Assembly (NCBI GenBank): GCA_023410475.1
Contig: JAEYPS010000025.1
Coordinates: forward strand, 47,946 to 111,945
Source of the DNA: Bacillota bacterium
GTDB lineage: Bacteria; Bacillota; Clostridia; Christensenellales; SZUA-584
Direction: 5' to 3'
Length of the DNA stretch: 64,000 bases
Notes under the pieces: model-generated
Database searches by the model: none
What the model was told of the DNA's origin: nothing
The model's input: only the letters and a program-made list of their open reading frames with translations
Position numbers and translations under genes: made by a program
Shown: piece by piece, positions 1 to 8,875 of the stretch
How positions within the stretch are numbered: position 1 is the first letter of the stretch
Layout of the letters: the number at the start of each line of letters is the position of its first letter

Positions 1-52
1 TTAAAAATGGGGTCCCCAAAAGCTTTGGTTTTTTTGGGGTAAATTACAGGAG
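1..52 (+). promoter_or_regulatory. 3' part of the rplJ leader with mutually exclusive hairpins and a U-tract (possible L10-leader-type attenuator), ending in the rplJ Shine-Dalgarno
   Basis: GGGG 9-12 / CCCC 14-17; CCCCAAAA 14-21 / TTTTGGGG 32-39; CCAAA 16-20 / TTTGG 24-28 followed by T7 (29-35); AGGAGG 48-53. Only the 3' end of the leader is inside the window, so the fold cannot be completed. Confidence 0.3.
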
Positions 53-589
53 GTGAAACACTTGGGAGAAAAGGCCATCGAGGTAAAAAAACAGATAGTA
101 GAAGACATCAAAGGCAAGATGGAAAAGTCGCAGGGTATGATCTTCTATGATTACAGAGGACTCACCGTCGCGGAAGTCACCGACCTTCGCAACAAGTTCC
201 GTGAAGCCGGCGTAGAGTATCACGTCATAAAGAACTCTATGATGAAGCGCGCCGCGCAAATGCTGAAAATCGAAGGGCTTGAAGAGCATCTTACCGGCCC
301 TACCGCCGTGGCGTTCGGGTACAGCGACCCCGTCGCGCCCGCGAAAGTACTGGTCGAGTATGTCAAAAAGCTCAAAAAAACGCAGATCAAGGCGGGCGTA
401 CTCAGCGGCAGGGTTATAGACATTTCCGGTATAAACAGCCTTGCTGAACTGCCGTCGAGAGAGCAGCTTTTAGCGCAGCTCGCAGGCACGCTGAACGCGC
501 CAATAACGGGATTCGCAAGATCGCTGTCCGGCATCATATCGAAGCTGGGATACGCGCTAAACGCTGTAAAAGAACAAAAGGGCGCTTAA
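53..589 (+). CDS. rplJ: 50S ribosomal protein L10
   Basis: 178-aa ORF whose N-terminus (KKQIVEDIKGKMEKSQGMIFYDYRGLTVAEVTDLRNKFREAGVEYHVIKN) is typical of L10. It lies directly upstream of rplL. The GTG at 53 overlaps the SD, so the in-frame TTG at 62 (8 nt after AGGAGG) is the more likely true start. Confidence 0.95.
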   Translation: MKHLGEKAIEVKKQIVEDIKGKMEKSQGMIFYDYRGLTVAEVTDLRNKFREAGVEYHVIKNSMMKRAAQMLKIEGLEEHLTGPTAVAFGYSDPVAPAKVLVEYVKKLKKTQIKAGVLSGRVIDISGINSLAELPSREQLLAQLAGTLNAPITGFARSLSGIISKLGYALNAVKEQKGA

Positions 590-645
590 AACGCCGCTGT
601 GCAACAGCACAAAAATTTTAAGAAATTATTTGGAGGAAATAAACA

Positions 646-1026
646 ATGGATAACAATCAGATTTTAGAAGCAATCGAGAAGATGAGCGTTCTTGAGCTCT
701 CCGAGCTCATAAAGGCAATCGAAGATAAATTCGGCGTAAGCGCGGCTGCCCCCGTCGCGGTAGCGGCGGCAGGCCCCGCAGCGGCAGGCCCCGCGGCAGC
801 GGCTGAAGAAGAAAAGACCGAGTTTGACGTTGTTCTTAAAGACGTAGGCGCAGAGAAGATAAAGGTCATCAAGGTCGTCCGCGAGCTTACGGGCCTTGGC
901 CTCAAGGAAGCAAAGGACGTCGTAGACGGCGCTCCCAGCACTATCAAGGAAGGCGTCCAGAAGGAAGAAGCCGCCGCTATGGTCGAGAAGCTCAAGGAAG
1001 TCGGAGCAACCTGCGAGATCAAATAA
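646..1026 (+). CDS. rplL: 50S ribosomal protein L7/L12
   Basis: 126 aa with an N-terminal dimerisation helix, an Ala/Pro/Gly hinge ([16 protein letters not shown]) and the C-terminal domain [30 protein letters not shown] lies 9 nt upstream of the ATG. Confidence 0.97.
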   Translation: MDNNQILEAIEKMSVLELSELIKAIEDKFGVSAAAPVAVAAAGPAAAGPAAAAEEEKTEFDVVLKDVGAEKIKVIKVVRELTGLGLKEAKDVVDGAPSTIKEGVQKEEAAAMVEKLKEVGATCEIK

Positions 1027-1044
1027 GTTTGCTTACATCAAAAA

Positions 1045-1070
1045 GTCCGGACACGCGCCGGACTTTTTTT
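1045..1070. terminator. Bidirectional rho-independent terminator between rplL and the convergent anti-sigma gene
   Basis: GTCCGG 1045-1050 / CCGGAC 1058-1063 with a 7-nt loop. It is flanked by an A-run on the left and T7 on the right. Confidence 0.8.
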
Positions 1071-1101
1071 GCTTTATTCAATAATCATGCTGGCTCGAGA
1101 A

Positions 1102-1875
1102 TCATACCAGCTCCAGCTTCCCCACTGTCGCGTAATAATAACCCCGCTCATCCTGATTGATGTATATGTTCTGCCTTCCTATGACGGCATCGCCGGCCAC
1201 CGCTTCAACGGTTATCGTTATTTGCTTTACGCTCGACGAGGCTTCGCCGCCTACAGGCGACCAGTATATCGTCTCGCCTTTGCCTATCGAAGTCGTATAC
1301 CCCTCGGGCGATACGACACCGGTATCTCTATCCCATTTGCACAGCCCTCCCCCGTTTGCGGATACGGTTATGGCTTCTATATCGTTATTTTCTCCGGTCA
1401 AATCGACGGTGAACGGAAGACCGGGCACGCTGCTCATGGCGGGCGTGTATTTTGCAAGCAATACCTTTACATCGGGCGTAAGCACCGCCTTTTCGTTCTC
1501 GTCCTCGTAATTTGCGCTTAAGTGCGACGCCTGGCCCCTTGCCGAATATGCCGTCAGAACAAATCCGCTAAACGCGTTGTTCTTATTGGTATCAACGGGC
1601 AAGGCGCTGTTTGTGGCAGGTGTATCCGCGCGATACGTATTGCCGGGTCTGTCCAATATAACGTTGTTGTCGCCGCTCTGATTGCCGAGCAGCATAACCG
1701 CAAGCACGCCTATTATAATACAAGCGGCTGTGGCAAACCTGAGCTTTGCATTAAAGCTCAGGCCTGCTTTTACATCATTGCTTTCCCGTTTTTCGATTAT
1801 AGATTTATATATCCCCGCCTTCTGCTCTTCCGACGGAGAAAAGGATTCGAATGTATCTTTTATACTATTCTTCAT
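1102..1875 (-). CDS. Putative anti-sigma factor / single-pass membrane protein co-transcribed with the ECF sigma factor
   Basis: 257 aa with a short cytoplasmic N-terminus, one TM segment (FATAACIIIGVLAVMLLG) and an extracytoplasmic C-terminal domain. AGGAGG lies 5 nt upstream, and the start overlaps the stop of the sigma gene by 11 nt. Confidence 0.6.
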   Translation of the reverse strand: MKNSIKDTFESFSPSEEQKAGIYKSIIEKRESNDVKAGLSFNAKLRFATAACIIIGVLAVMLLGNQSGDNNVILDRPGNTYRADTPATNSALPVDTNKNNAFSGFVLTAYSARGQASHLSANYEDENEKAVLTPDVKVLLAKYTPAMSSVPGLPFTVDLTGENNDIEAITVSANGGGLCKWDRDTGVVSPEGYTTSIGKGETIYWSPVGGEASSSVKQITITVEAVAGDAVIGRQNIYINQDERGYYYATVGKLELV

Positions 1876-2404
1876 AATAACCTCCTACATCTATTTTCAA
1901 AAGCCTGCGGCCGTCCGACAGATGGTTCCTGAGGGTGCTTTCATTCCTGTTAAGCATCTTTGATATCTCTTTTACCGAATACCCTTCGATATAATACAGG
2001 TAGATCGCGTCTTTATATTTTGACGGCAGATTCAAAAGGGCGTCGGTTAGGCCGTCGCCGGTCTCTTCATTGACGGTCAGGTCATCCATATCCTCAATGC
2101 AGACCCGTTTTTTCTTCCAGAACTTCTTCAGCTCGTCTTTGCAGTAATTCTTTGATACGGTTATAAACCATGCCTTCTCATGCCTCTCGTCCTCAAAACA
2201 TTTGTTTTGACCGATATATCTTTCAAATATCATTTGGGAAGCGTCCTGCGCGTCATGGTGGTTTTTTAGATACAGGAAGCATATCTGATATACCCGTTTT
2301 ATATTCCGGCCATATACCGACGCAAACTCTCTATCAGTATTCAACTTGCGCTCCGCAAAGACTGCAGTCGTTACGGGGCCTCCATATAAAGAATCTGCCG
2401 CCAT
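1865..2404 (-). CDS. ECF-type sigma-70 family RNA polymerase sigma factor
   Basis: 179 aa. It has a region-2-like segment (DAQDASQMIFERY...WFITVSKNYCKDELKK) and a region-4 HTH (YYIEGYSVKEISKMLNRNESTLRNHLSDGRRLL). AGGAGG lies upstream of the ATG at 2404. Confidence 0.85.
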   Translation of the reverse strand: MAADSLYGGPVTTAVFAERKLNTDREFASVYGRNIKRVYQICFLYLKNHHDAQDASQMIFERYIGQNKCFEDERHEKAWFITVSKNYCKDELKKFWKKKRVCIEDMDDLTVNEETGDGLTDALLNLPSKYKDAIYLYYIEGYSVKEISKMLNRNESTLRNHLSDGRRLLKIDVGGYYEE

Positions 2405-2557
2405 GTTTCACCTCCTGTATAATAAACGAACGGAAAGCGACGTTTGTCCGATAGTAATAAAAAATATTTGGTTTTATTATAAATGAAGCTGTGGGCGCTT
2501 GAAACAGTATTATGATAAATGATAGAATATGTCGAAAACATATGTAAAGGTGATTCT

Positions 2558-3439
2558 ATGGACTTCAGCGCCGATTCAGTTTTAACAGCATTCGCGCTCA
2601 CGCTGTTCGCGGGCCTCTCAACCGGCATTGGCAGCCTCATTGCTTTGTTCGCGAAAAAGACGGGCACTCGGTTTTTGTCCGTAATGCTCGGCTTCTCGGC
2701 AGGCGTGATGATATACGTGTCGATGGTAGAGCTGCTCAAAGAATCTAACGACATGCTGTCGGAATCTCTCGGTGCCGCGACAGGCCCGTGGCTCGCGGTC
2801 GCGGGGTTTTTCGGAGGCATGCTTATAATCGGCGTCATAGACCGGCTTGTGCCCGCCGCCGACAACCCTCACGAGATACGCAAGATAGAGACAATGGCTG
2901 CCGAGTGCGAGGGCTTAACAGACAAGAAGTGCCAGGCGCGCAAAAGGCGCAAGATTTTGGGAGGCTCTCAAGCCGATTCTTCGCAGGGCGGCAAGCTGAT
3001 GCGCGTAGGCTTTTTTACGGCGCTTGCTATCACTATCCATAACTTTCCCGAGGGCATAGCCGCGTTCCTAGCCGCGCTGAAAGACCCTAGCCTTGGCGTA
3101 ACAATAGCTGTGGCCATAGCTATACACAACATACCCGAAGGCATCGCAGTTTCAGTTCCGGTTTATTACGCTACCGGCGACAGGAAAAAAGCCTTTAAAT
3201 GGTCGCTGTTATCGGGGCTCGCTGAGCCTCTCGGCGCTCTTGTGGCGTTCGCTGTGCTCGCTCCCATAATGAGCGACGCGGTAACTGGCATACTGTTTGC
3301 CTGTATCGCGGGCATAATGGTCTTCATATCGCTCGACGAGATATTGCCTACCGCAAGGGAGTACGGGCACGCGCACCTTTCCATCTACGGTATGGTCGCA
3401 GGCATGGCCGTGATGGCTGTAAGCCTGCTGCTGCTATGA
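2558..3439 (+). CDS. zupT: ZIP-family zinc transporter ZupT
   Basis: Duplicated HNFPEGIA / HNIPEGIA motifs in a multi-TM protein. The ATG at 2558 is preceded by AAGGTGA. The ORF-track start at 2519 adds 13 non-conserved-looking residues. Confidence 0.85.
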   Translation: MDFSADSVLTAFALTLFAGLSTGIGSLIALFAKKTGTRFLSVMLGFSAGVMIYVSMVELLKESNDMLSESLGAATGPWLAVAGFFGGMLIIGVIDRLVPAADNPHEIRKIETMAAECEGLTDKKCQARKRRKILGGSQADSSQGGKLMRVGFFTALAITIHNFPEGIAAFLAALKDPSLGVTIAVAIAIHNIPEGIAVSVPVYYATGDRKKAFKWSLLSGLAEPLGALVAFAVLAPIMSDAVTGILFACIAGIMVFISLDEILPTAREYGHAHLSIYGMVAGMAVMAVSLLLL

Positions 3440-3900
3440 CCCGCGCAGCCTGCCCCGCGCAGACGCCGCTTGGGGTGTTCACGGCGATATACGAAGACGG
3501 TATTATACGGCGGGTACTGTTCCCCGACGAATTTCCGGGCGCTGATATCGCCGTAACAGACGCCTCTCTCCCGTTCGCAGCGCAGATAGAGGAGTATTTC
3601 GCGGGAAAAAGGAAAACCTTTGATCTTCCTATACTGCTGCCCGGAACGGAGTTCAGAAGGAACGTATACAAAGCAACGATAGACATACCCTACGGGCATG
3701 TAGCGGCGTATTCGGATGTAGCTCTTGCCGCAGGGTACCCTCTCGCGATGCGCGCGGTGGGCAGCGCCATGAAGGCTAACCCCCTTCCGCTTCTTATTCC
3801 CTGTCACCGTGTAGTCCACAAATCAGAAAAAAAACGCGCCTACAGAGGCGGGTTTGAAATAAAATGTTATCTCCTTAATATGGAAAGCCGATATATATAG
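3436..3900 (+). CDS. ogt: Methylated-DNA--protein-cysteine methyltransferase
   Basis: 154 aa with the active-site motif IPCHRVV and the preceding [25 protein letters not shown] helix-turn-helix. The start overlaps the zupT stop (ATGA). Confidence 0.9.
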   Translation: MTRAACPAQTPLGVFTAIYEDGIIRRVLFPDEFPGADIAVTDASLPFAAQIEEYFAGKRKTFDLPILLPGTEFRRNVYKATIDIPYGHVAAYSDVALAAGYPLAMRAVGSAMKANPLPLLIPCHRVVHKSEKKRAYRGGFEIKCYLLNMESRYI

Positions 3901-3992
3901 TAGCGGTAAAACAAGGCAGACGGAAATCAACGTTTTGTTTTCAATGAAACCGTTTATATATTATTAAGGCTAACTATGAGGATTGATGACAC

Positions 3993-5069
3993 ATGCAGTT
4001 TGAACTATTGAACAGCTTTCTTGAGCAGACGGTAAAACGAGGGGCGACTGACCTTCATATTTGTGTAGGCTCTCCCCCGCTTATGCGCATTAATTCAAAG
4101 CTTCAAAAGCTGCCGGGGACGCATCCTTTATCCGTGGATGAAGTCTCCGAGATAGTCAACGGCAGCCTTGACCTTGATAAAATGGATACGCTGCTCCGCG
4201 ACAAGGTCATAGACTTTTCCTATTCTAAGAGCGGGCTCGGGCGTTTCAGATGCAACATATACAAGCAAAGGGGAACGTACGCGATAGCCATACGTATGCT
4301 GCCTTTGCAGATACCCGATTTTTCGTCGCTGTGCCTGCCCGATACCATACTTCGGTTCACGAACAAGACGAGCGGGCTAGTACTGTTCACGGGAGCGACA
4401 GGATGCGGAAAGTCCACGACGCTCGCGAGCCTCGTAGATATAATAAACGAAAGCTATAATTATCACATATTGACTATTGAAGATCCTGTTGAGTATCTGC
4501 ACAGCCACAAAAAGAGCCTTGTTACTCAACGCGAGATAGGCGAGGACGCCGTTTCGTTCTCAAGCGCTCTTCGAAGCGCGCTGCGCGAGGACCCCGACGT
4601 TATAATGGTCGGAGAGATGCGCGATACGGAGACGATGGCAATAGCGCTTTCGGCCGCCGAGACGGGTCATCTCGTGTTCTCAACGCTGCACACCGTGGGC
4701 GCGGTCAAGACTATAGACAGGGTGCTCGACTCGTTCCCTGCCGACCAGCAGAATCAGGTAAGGAGTCAGCTTGCAACTGTGCTTGAAGGCATAGTGTCTC
4801 AGCAGCTGCTTCCCGAGAAGAACGGCTACGGGCTCGTGCCCGCGTGTGAGGTGATGATCTCCACCCCCGCCGTGCGCAACCTGATACGCGAAGGAAAGCA
4901 TTATCAGATAAACAATATAATTCAGACAGGAAAAGAACTTGGGATGTGCTCGCTCGAAAGAAACCTAGCGTTCCTTGCGTCTACCGGAACTATCGAGGAA
5001 AAAGTCGCCAAACTCAAAGCGCAGGATATAAAACTGTTTGAGCAGTATCTCAGCATAAACAAGCGGTAA
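3993..5069 (+). CDS. pilT: PilT-family (retraction-type) type IV pilus ATPase
   Basis: 358 aa. The N-terminus has GATDLHICVGSPPLMRINSKL, the Walker A is GATGCGKSTT, the Asp/His boxes are present, and the PilT-signature AIRNLIRE-type motif AVRNLIREGKHYQI is present (around 4867-4900). Confidence 0.85.
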   Translation: MQFELLNSFLEQTVKRGATDLHICVGSPPLMRINSKLQKLPGTHPLSVDEVSEIVNGSLDLDKMDTLLRDKVIDFSYSKSGLGRFRCNIYKQRGTYAIAIRMLPLQIPDFSSLCLPDTILRFTNKTSGLVLFTGATGCGKSTTLASLVDIINESYNYHILTIEDPVEYLHSHKKSLVTQREIGEDAVSFSSALRSALREDPDVIMVGEMRDTETMAIALSAAETGHLVFSTLHTVGAVKTIDRVLDSFPADQQNQVRSQLATVLEGIVSQQLLPEKNGYGLVPACEVMISTPAVRNLIREGKHYQINNIIQTGKELGMCSLERNLAFLASTGTIEEKVAKLKAQDIKLFEQYLSINKR

Positions 5070-5082
5070 AAGGAGAAAATTG

Positions 5083-6126
5083 ATGAGGGATGTATTAGCA
5101 AACGCAGAACTATCCTCTCTGTCAAGACAGCTCGCTCTCGTGGTGGATTCCGAGCTGTCTTTGCATGAAGGCATAGAACTTATTATAGAACAAACAAAAT
5201 CAAAAACCATAAAGCAGCTTCTCACGAGAGTGCAGGCCCGGCTAAACGAAGGCCATTCCCTGGGGCGCGCGTTTTCGGAGGAAAAAGATTACCTTCCCGA
5301 ATACTATATACAGATGGTGAACGTCGGCGAGCAGAGCGGAAACCTCGAAAGGGTATTGGGGCGTCTCGCCGACTCGTACGACAAAGCGACGGAAGTTAAA
5401 AACAAGGTCGTTTCGGCGGTCACCTACCCCATCATACTCGCCGCTTTGATGCTGTGCGTCATCGTGCTGCTGCTTGCCGAAGTGCTTCCTATGTTTGACG
5501 ACGTTCTCTCCTCTCTCGGAGGAGAGATGCCGGGAATAACGCGCGCGCTTATGGCGATAGGAAGCTTTATAAGCACATACTTCTACATTCTTGTTGCGCT
5601 TATAGCGCTCATAGTGCTGGCGGTTATCGTAATACGCCAGACAAAGGGCGGCGCCGAAATCCTGGACTCCATAAAACTTAAGATGCCCATTCAAAAGGGC
5701 ATAATCAAGACCATGGCGTGCGTGCGCTTTTCAAGGAGCCTCTCGATGCTTCTCAGAAGCGGTATAGGCGTAGCCGAGAGCGTGCGCATGACGAGCGCCA
5801 CAATACTTAACGCGAGAATAAAGTCACTCGTATTAAAAGCCGCCGAGAGGATAGAAAAAGGCGAAACGCTTAAAGCTTCGCTTGTATCGCTTGGGTTTTT
5901 CCCGGAGCTTTTGCTTCGCATACTCGCTGTAGCCGAAAGCACCGGGCATACGGACGATATGCTTGACAGGGCCGCCGATATCATGGAAGAGGAACTCGAC
6001 GCGAAGCTCGCAAGGCTTACAACGGTGCTCGAGCCCGCTCTGATACTCGTCCTTTCGATAATTATAGGCATTGTGCTTATATCGGTGATACTGCCCGTCG
6101 CAAGGATAATGAACACGGTAGGATAA
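5083..6126 (+). CDS. pilC: Type II secretion / type IV pilus platform protein (GspF/PilC family)
   Basis: About 347 aa with the duplicated GspF-type module (GEQSGNLERVL ... AESTGHTDDML) and three hydrophobic segments. AAAGGAG lies 7 nt upstream of the ATG at 5083; the ORF-track TTG at 5080 is one codon earlier. Confidence 0.85.
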   Translation: MRDVLANAELSSLSRQLALVVDSELSLHEGIELIIEQTKSKTIKQLLTRVQARLNEGHSLGRAFSEEKDYLPEYYIQMVNVGEQSGNLERVLGRLADSYDKATEVKNKVVSAVTYPIILAALMLCVIVLLLAEVLPMFDDVLSSLGGEMPGITRALMAIGSFISTYFYILVALIALIVLAVIVIRQTKGGAEILDSIKLKMPIQKGIIKTMACVRFSRSLSMLLRSGIGVAESVRMTSATILNARIKSLVLKAAERIEKGETLKASLVSLGFFPELLLRILAVAESTGHTDDMLDRAADIMEEELDAKLARLTTVLEPALILVLSIIIGIVLISVILPVARIMNTVG

Positions 6127-6129
6127 GCG

Positions 6130-6444
6130 ATGAACAAGTTGAATCTGCCTCTCATCTGCATAATAACGGCGGCGCTGATAATCGCGGCAGCAGGCGCGAT
6201 CATCTTTATCAGCATAGGCGATTACGGAAGCGGCTACGCCGATAAACGGGCGCTGGAGATACAGGACACTATTATCAGCAGTATCGCGCAGTGTTACGCG
6301 CTTGAAGGCAGGTATCCTCCCGACCTTTATTATCTTGCCGACCATTACGGCCTGCAGCTTGATACGAAAAATTACGGATACCACTATGAGATGTTCGCGT
6401 CAAACGTCTTCCCGAGTGTTCGGGTATTCGCTAAGGGTGAATGA
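6130..6444 (+). CDS. Small single-pass membrane protein of the pilus operon (no prepilin motif)
   Basis: 104 aa with one N-terminal TM segment (LPLICIITAALIIAAAGAIIFISIG). It starts 4 nt after the pilC stop and is co-directional. Confidence 0.6.
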   Translation: MNKLNLPLICIITAALIIAAAGAIIFISIGDYGSGYADKRALEIQDTIISSIAQCYALEGRYPPDLYYLADHYGLQLDTKNYGYHYEMFASNVFPSVRVFAKGE

Positions 6445-6445
6445 C

Positions 6446-6922
6446 ATGTATAAACGTAACAAAACGCTCGCAATAGAATCTGTCGTCGTAATGTTCGTGC
6501 TAATACTGCTGTCATTCGTTGTCTTTATAATAATACGCTCGGGCAGCGGCGCTTACAAAAACATAATAAGCCAAAAACAGAATACCGAGAGCGCGAGAGT
6601 CGCTTACTCGTATATCAATATGAAGATAAAGCAGAACGATTCGCAAGGACTTGTCAGCGTAATAGGCACGCGGTACGGCAGTACGCTCAGGCTGGATACT
6701 ACAGACGGAGAGTTTACAACGTACATCTTTTTTTCGGACGGCGCTCTTTATGAGTGCCTGACAAGAAAGGGTTCTTCACCCGAAGCGGACGCCTCAAACA
6801 TCATAACAGCGCTTACGGGGTTTCAGCTATACTCAGACGGCGGATATATCAGCATAACATGCATAAGCGAAAGCGGCGGCAGCCTCAAAGCATTTAAAGG
6901 CACGGTGGGACTGAGAACATGA
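6446..6922 (+). CDS. Pilin-like protein with a non-canonical leader
   Basis: The ATG at 6446 lies 2 nt after the previous stop. The N-terminus MYKRNK-TLAIESVVVMFVLILLSF resembles a pilin N-terminal helix, with Glu at +5 but Lys instead of Gly at -1. The ORF-track start at 6302 lies inside the preceding gene. Confidence 0.55.
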   Translation: MYKRNKTLAIESVVVMFVLILLSFVVFIIIRSGSGAYKNIISQKQNTESARVAYSYINMKIKQNDSQGLVSVIGTRYGSTLRLDTTDGEFTTYIFFSDGALYECLTRKGSSPEADASNIITALTGFQLYSDGGYISITCISESGGSLKAFKGTVGLRT

Positions 6923-7326
6923 GTAACAAAAAAGGGTTTACGCTCGTAGAGGTCATAATATCCATAGCGGCGCTCGGGCTCATATGCGCAGTGCTGCTGC
7001 GCCTTTTTGTGGTCGCCGGCAACACGAACAGCAAAGCTGCAGATATGCAGGGCGCCGGGCTTGTCGCGGCCTCGGTGGTCGAAACGCTCGCGGGCGCCGA
7101 TACGTTTGGCGGAGGACTCTCAGCTCTCGGAGCGCAGCGCCCCGATGATATGAACAGCGGTGAAATAACGTTTTCTAAGGATGGGTATGACGTAACCCTT
7201 AAGTTCAGCAAAAAGGGTGAATACCCCGGAGCGCTGTACGATATCTTTGTCGAGGCTTCAAGAGAAGGGAAAGCCTTTGCCTCCATAGACACCTCCAAGT
7301 ACTACAAGGAGGGCAAGAATGGCTAA
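6919..7326 (+). CDS. Prepilin-type N-terminal cleavage/methylation domain protein (pilin/pseudopilin)
   Basis: 135 aa. MSNKKG/FTLVEVIISIAALGL is a canonical G/FTLxE prepilin motif. There is an ATGA overlap with the previous gene. Confidence 0.85.
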   Translation: MSNKKGFTLVEVIISIAALGLICAVLLRLFVVAGNTNSKAADMQGAGLVAASVVETLAGADTFGGGLSALGAQRPDDMNSGEITFSKDGYDVTLKFSKKGEYPGALYDIFVEASREGKAFASIDTSKYYKEGKNG

Positions 7327-7744
7327 AAATATACTATCTTCGAAAAAGGGCGCCTCGTCCATAATGGTAATGCTGATGCTCATCGTACTCGTCGTATTCG
7401 GCGTAGCGGCGCTGACGACCGCGCTTTCAAACATTAGGCTCGGGCAGAAGGTGCAGAGCTGGAACGCGAAATACTACGCGGCGGAGGCCGAAGCTAGCGA
7501 GCGTTACGCTAAGATAGATAAAGCCGTGGCACAGTCGTTTTTAGAGGGCCCAGACATTGCGGGCAGTATAAAGGAATATGTTAGAGGCCTCGCGTTTGAT
7601 GTGTCCGTTGAAATGCTGGGAGACGCATATGAGTTTTCTTATGAAACGTGGAGCGGGGATATCGGCATAAGCGTGATGCTCTCGCTTGATGTCAAAGATA
7701 AAGACAGCCTTCGCGCGGTGCGGTGGAAAGAAATACAGCAATAG
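7319..7744 (+). CDS. PilX-N / ComGG-like minor pilin-like protein
   Basis: 141 aa with SSKKG-ASSIMVMLMLIVLVVFGVAAL followed by NAKYYAAEAEASERY. This pattern resembles PilX N-terminal domains. It overlaps the previous gene by 8 nt. Confidence 0.55.
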   Translation: MAKNILSSKKGASSIMVMLMLIVLVVFGVAALTTALSNIRLGQKVQSWNAKYYAAEAEASERYAKIDKAVAQSFLEGPDIAGSIKEYVRGLAFDVSVEMLGDAYEFSYETWSGDIGISVMLSLDVKDKDSLRAVRWKEIQQ

Positions 7745-7778
7745 TCAAAGCAATAATATAAAGCTTATTCATACAGAT

Positions 7779-8693
7779 ATGAAACAACTATTCATACTAG
7801 CGCTGCTTATCGCCTGCGCATTGCTTGCGGGCTGCTCGGGCAGCATAATTGAGAATAGCGCTCCTTTGTCAACGGTCCCGGATGTAAAGCTCGACGAACT
7901 GTTTGAAGCTAGTCTGCCGGGTCCTTCCCTGCCTCCCTACGATAAGCCGGACGAGATAATCTGCACGGATTATACGGACAGGGGGCTTTTGCGCGTGTGC
8001 TATCAAAACGATACTGACGCGAAGCTCAAGCTCGAAGTGCTCTCGGGAAGCGAAAAGGTTTTTTACAATCTCAAGGGCGACGGGAGCATAGAGGACTTCT
8101 CGCTGCAATACGGCAGCGGAAAATATACCGCGAGGATATGGCAGAATATCAAGGACAGCGATTATTTTGCTGTGGAAAGCAAGTCGTTCAGCGTATCTCT
8201 GGCAGACGAGACATCCGCTTATCTTAATTCCATTCAGAACGTGGACTGGAACTACGAAAAGACGCCCATAAAGGACGTAAGGTACATCGTTTCGGGTACT
8301 CTTAAACAGATGCCTGAAAACCTGCTGTACGATTGCGGCGTGGATATCTACAGCTATATCGTACGCAACGTAAAATATGACGATGATAAGATATTCACTC
8401 TTGAGTACGATTATCTTCCCGATATAGAGCAGACATATAAGGACGGCATGGGTATCTGTTACGATTACGCTTCTCTGTTCGCTTCTATGCTAAGAAGCAT
8501 AAACGTTCCCTCGAAGCTCGTCAAAGGTTACGCAAGCTATAACCCCAGCGTTTACCACGCGTGGAACGAGGTGTATGTGGACGGCAAGTGGATGGTTATA
8601 GACATTACCCGCGACGCGTCGCTTTTTGGCTCGGGTTCCCGTTTTGTCATAGAGAAAAAACAAGAAGACTATGTAAAGATACATGAGTATTAG
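7779..8693 (+). CDS. Transglutaminase-like cysteine protease-fold lipoprotein
   Basis: The ATG at 7779 gives MKQLFILALLIACALLAGC, a lipobox signal peptide. The C-terminal core carries the Cys/His/Asp pattern GICYDYASLF ... YHAWNEVYVDGKW ... IDITRD. The ORF-track start at 7686 overlaps the previous gene. Confidence 0.8.
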   Translation: MKQLFILALLIACALLAGCSGSIIENSAPLSTVPDVKLDELFEASLPGPSLPPYDKPDEIICTDYTDRGLLRVCYQNDTDAKLKLEVLSGSEKVFYNLKGDGSIEDFSLQYGSGKYTARIWQNIKDSDYFAVESKSFSVSLADETSAYLNSIQNVDWNYEKTPIKDVRYIVSGTLKQMPENLLYDCGVDIYSYIVRNVKYDDDKIFTLEYDYLPDIEQTYKDGMGICYDYASLFASMLRSINVPSKLVKGYASYNPSVYHAWNEVYVDGKWMVIDITRDASLFGSGSRFVIEKKQEDYVKIHEY

Positions 8694-8718
8694 ATATAAC
8701 GATAGAAGATAACCCGCA

Positions 8719-8742
8719 AGCGGCCAAGAGCCGCTTTTTTTG
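8719..8742 (+). terminator. Rho-independent terminator after the transglutaminase-like gene
   Basis: AGCGGC / GCCGCT stem followed by T7. Confidence 0.7.
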
Positions 8743-8875
8743 TTGAAAAAAATACATCTTTGCGGAAGCGGTCTTTAAATCTATCCGTCTGACAATACTA
8801 ATAAACACCATTTGAATGCGCCGGTTACAACAGTAAATCGGCTGTGTTCATTAAGTGTTTAGGGGTATTCTGCAT

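Noticed and set aside
14-39. The CCCCAAAA...TTTTGGGG hairpin at 14-39 and its look-alike at 13455-13475, considered as a dispersed REP-like repeat family.
   Set aside because: There are only two copies in 64 kb, and both are explainable as ordinary terminator or attenuator stems. A genome-wide count would be needed before calling this a family.
745-800. Short DNA repeat GCGGCAGGCCCCGC(A/G)GC inside rplL.
   Set aside because: It encodes the normal Ala/Pro/Gly flexible hinge of L7/L12 ([13 protein letters not shown]) and is not an independent element.
2526-2542. The palindrome ATATGT-N5-ACATAT upstream of the zupT start, considered as a Zur box.
   Set aside because: It does not resemble the Zur/Fur-type consensus I remember (an AT-rich 7-1-7 or 9-1-9 repeat around TCGTAAT...ATTACGA). 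It also lies within 30 nt of the start codon, so there is no basis to call it.
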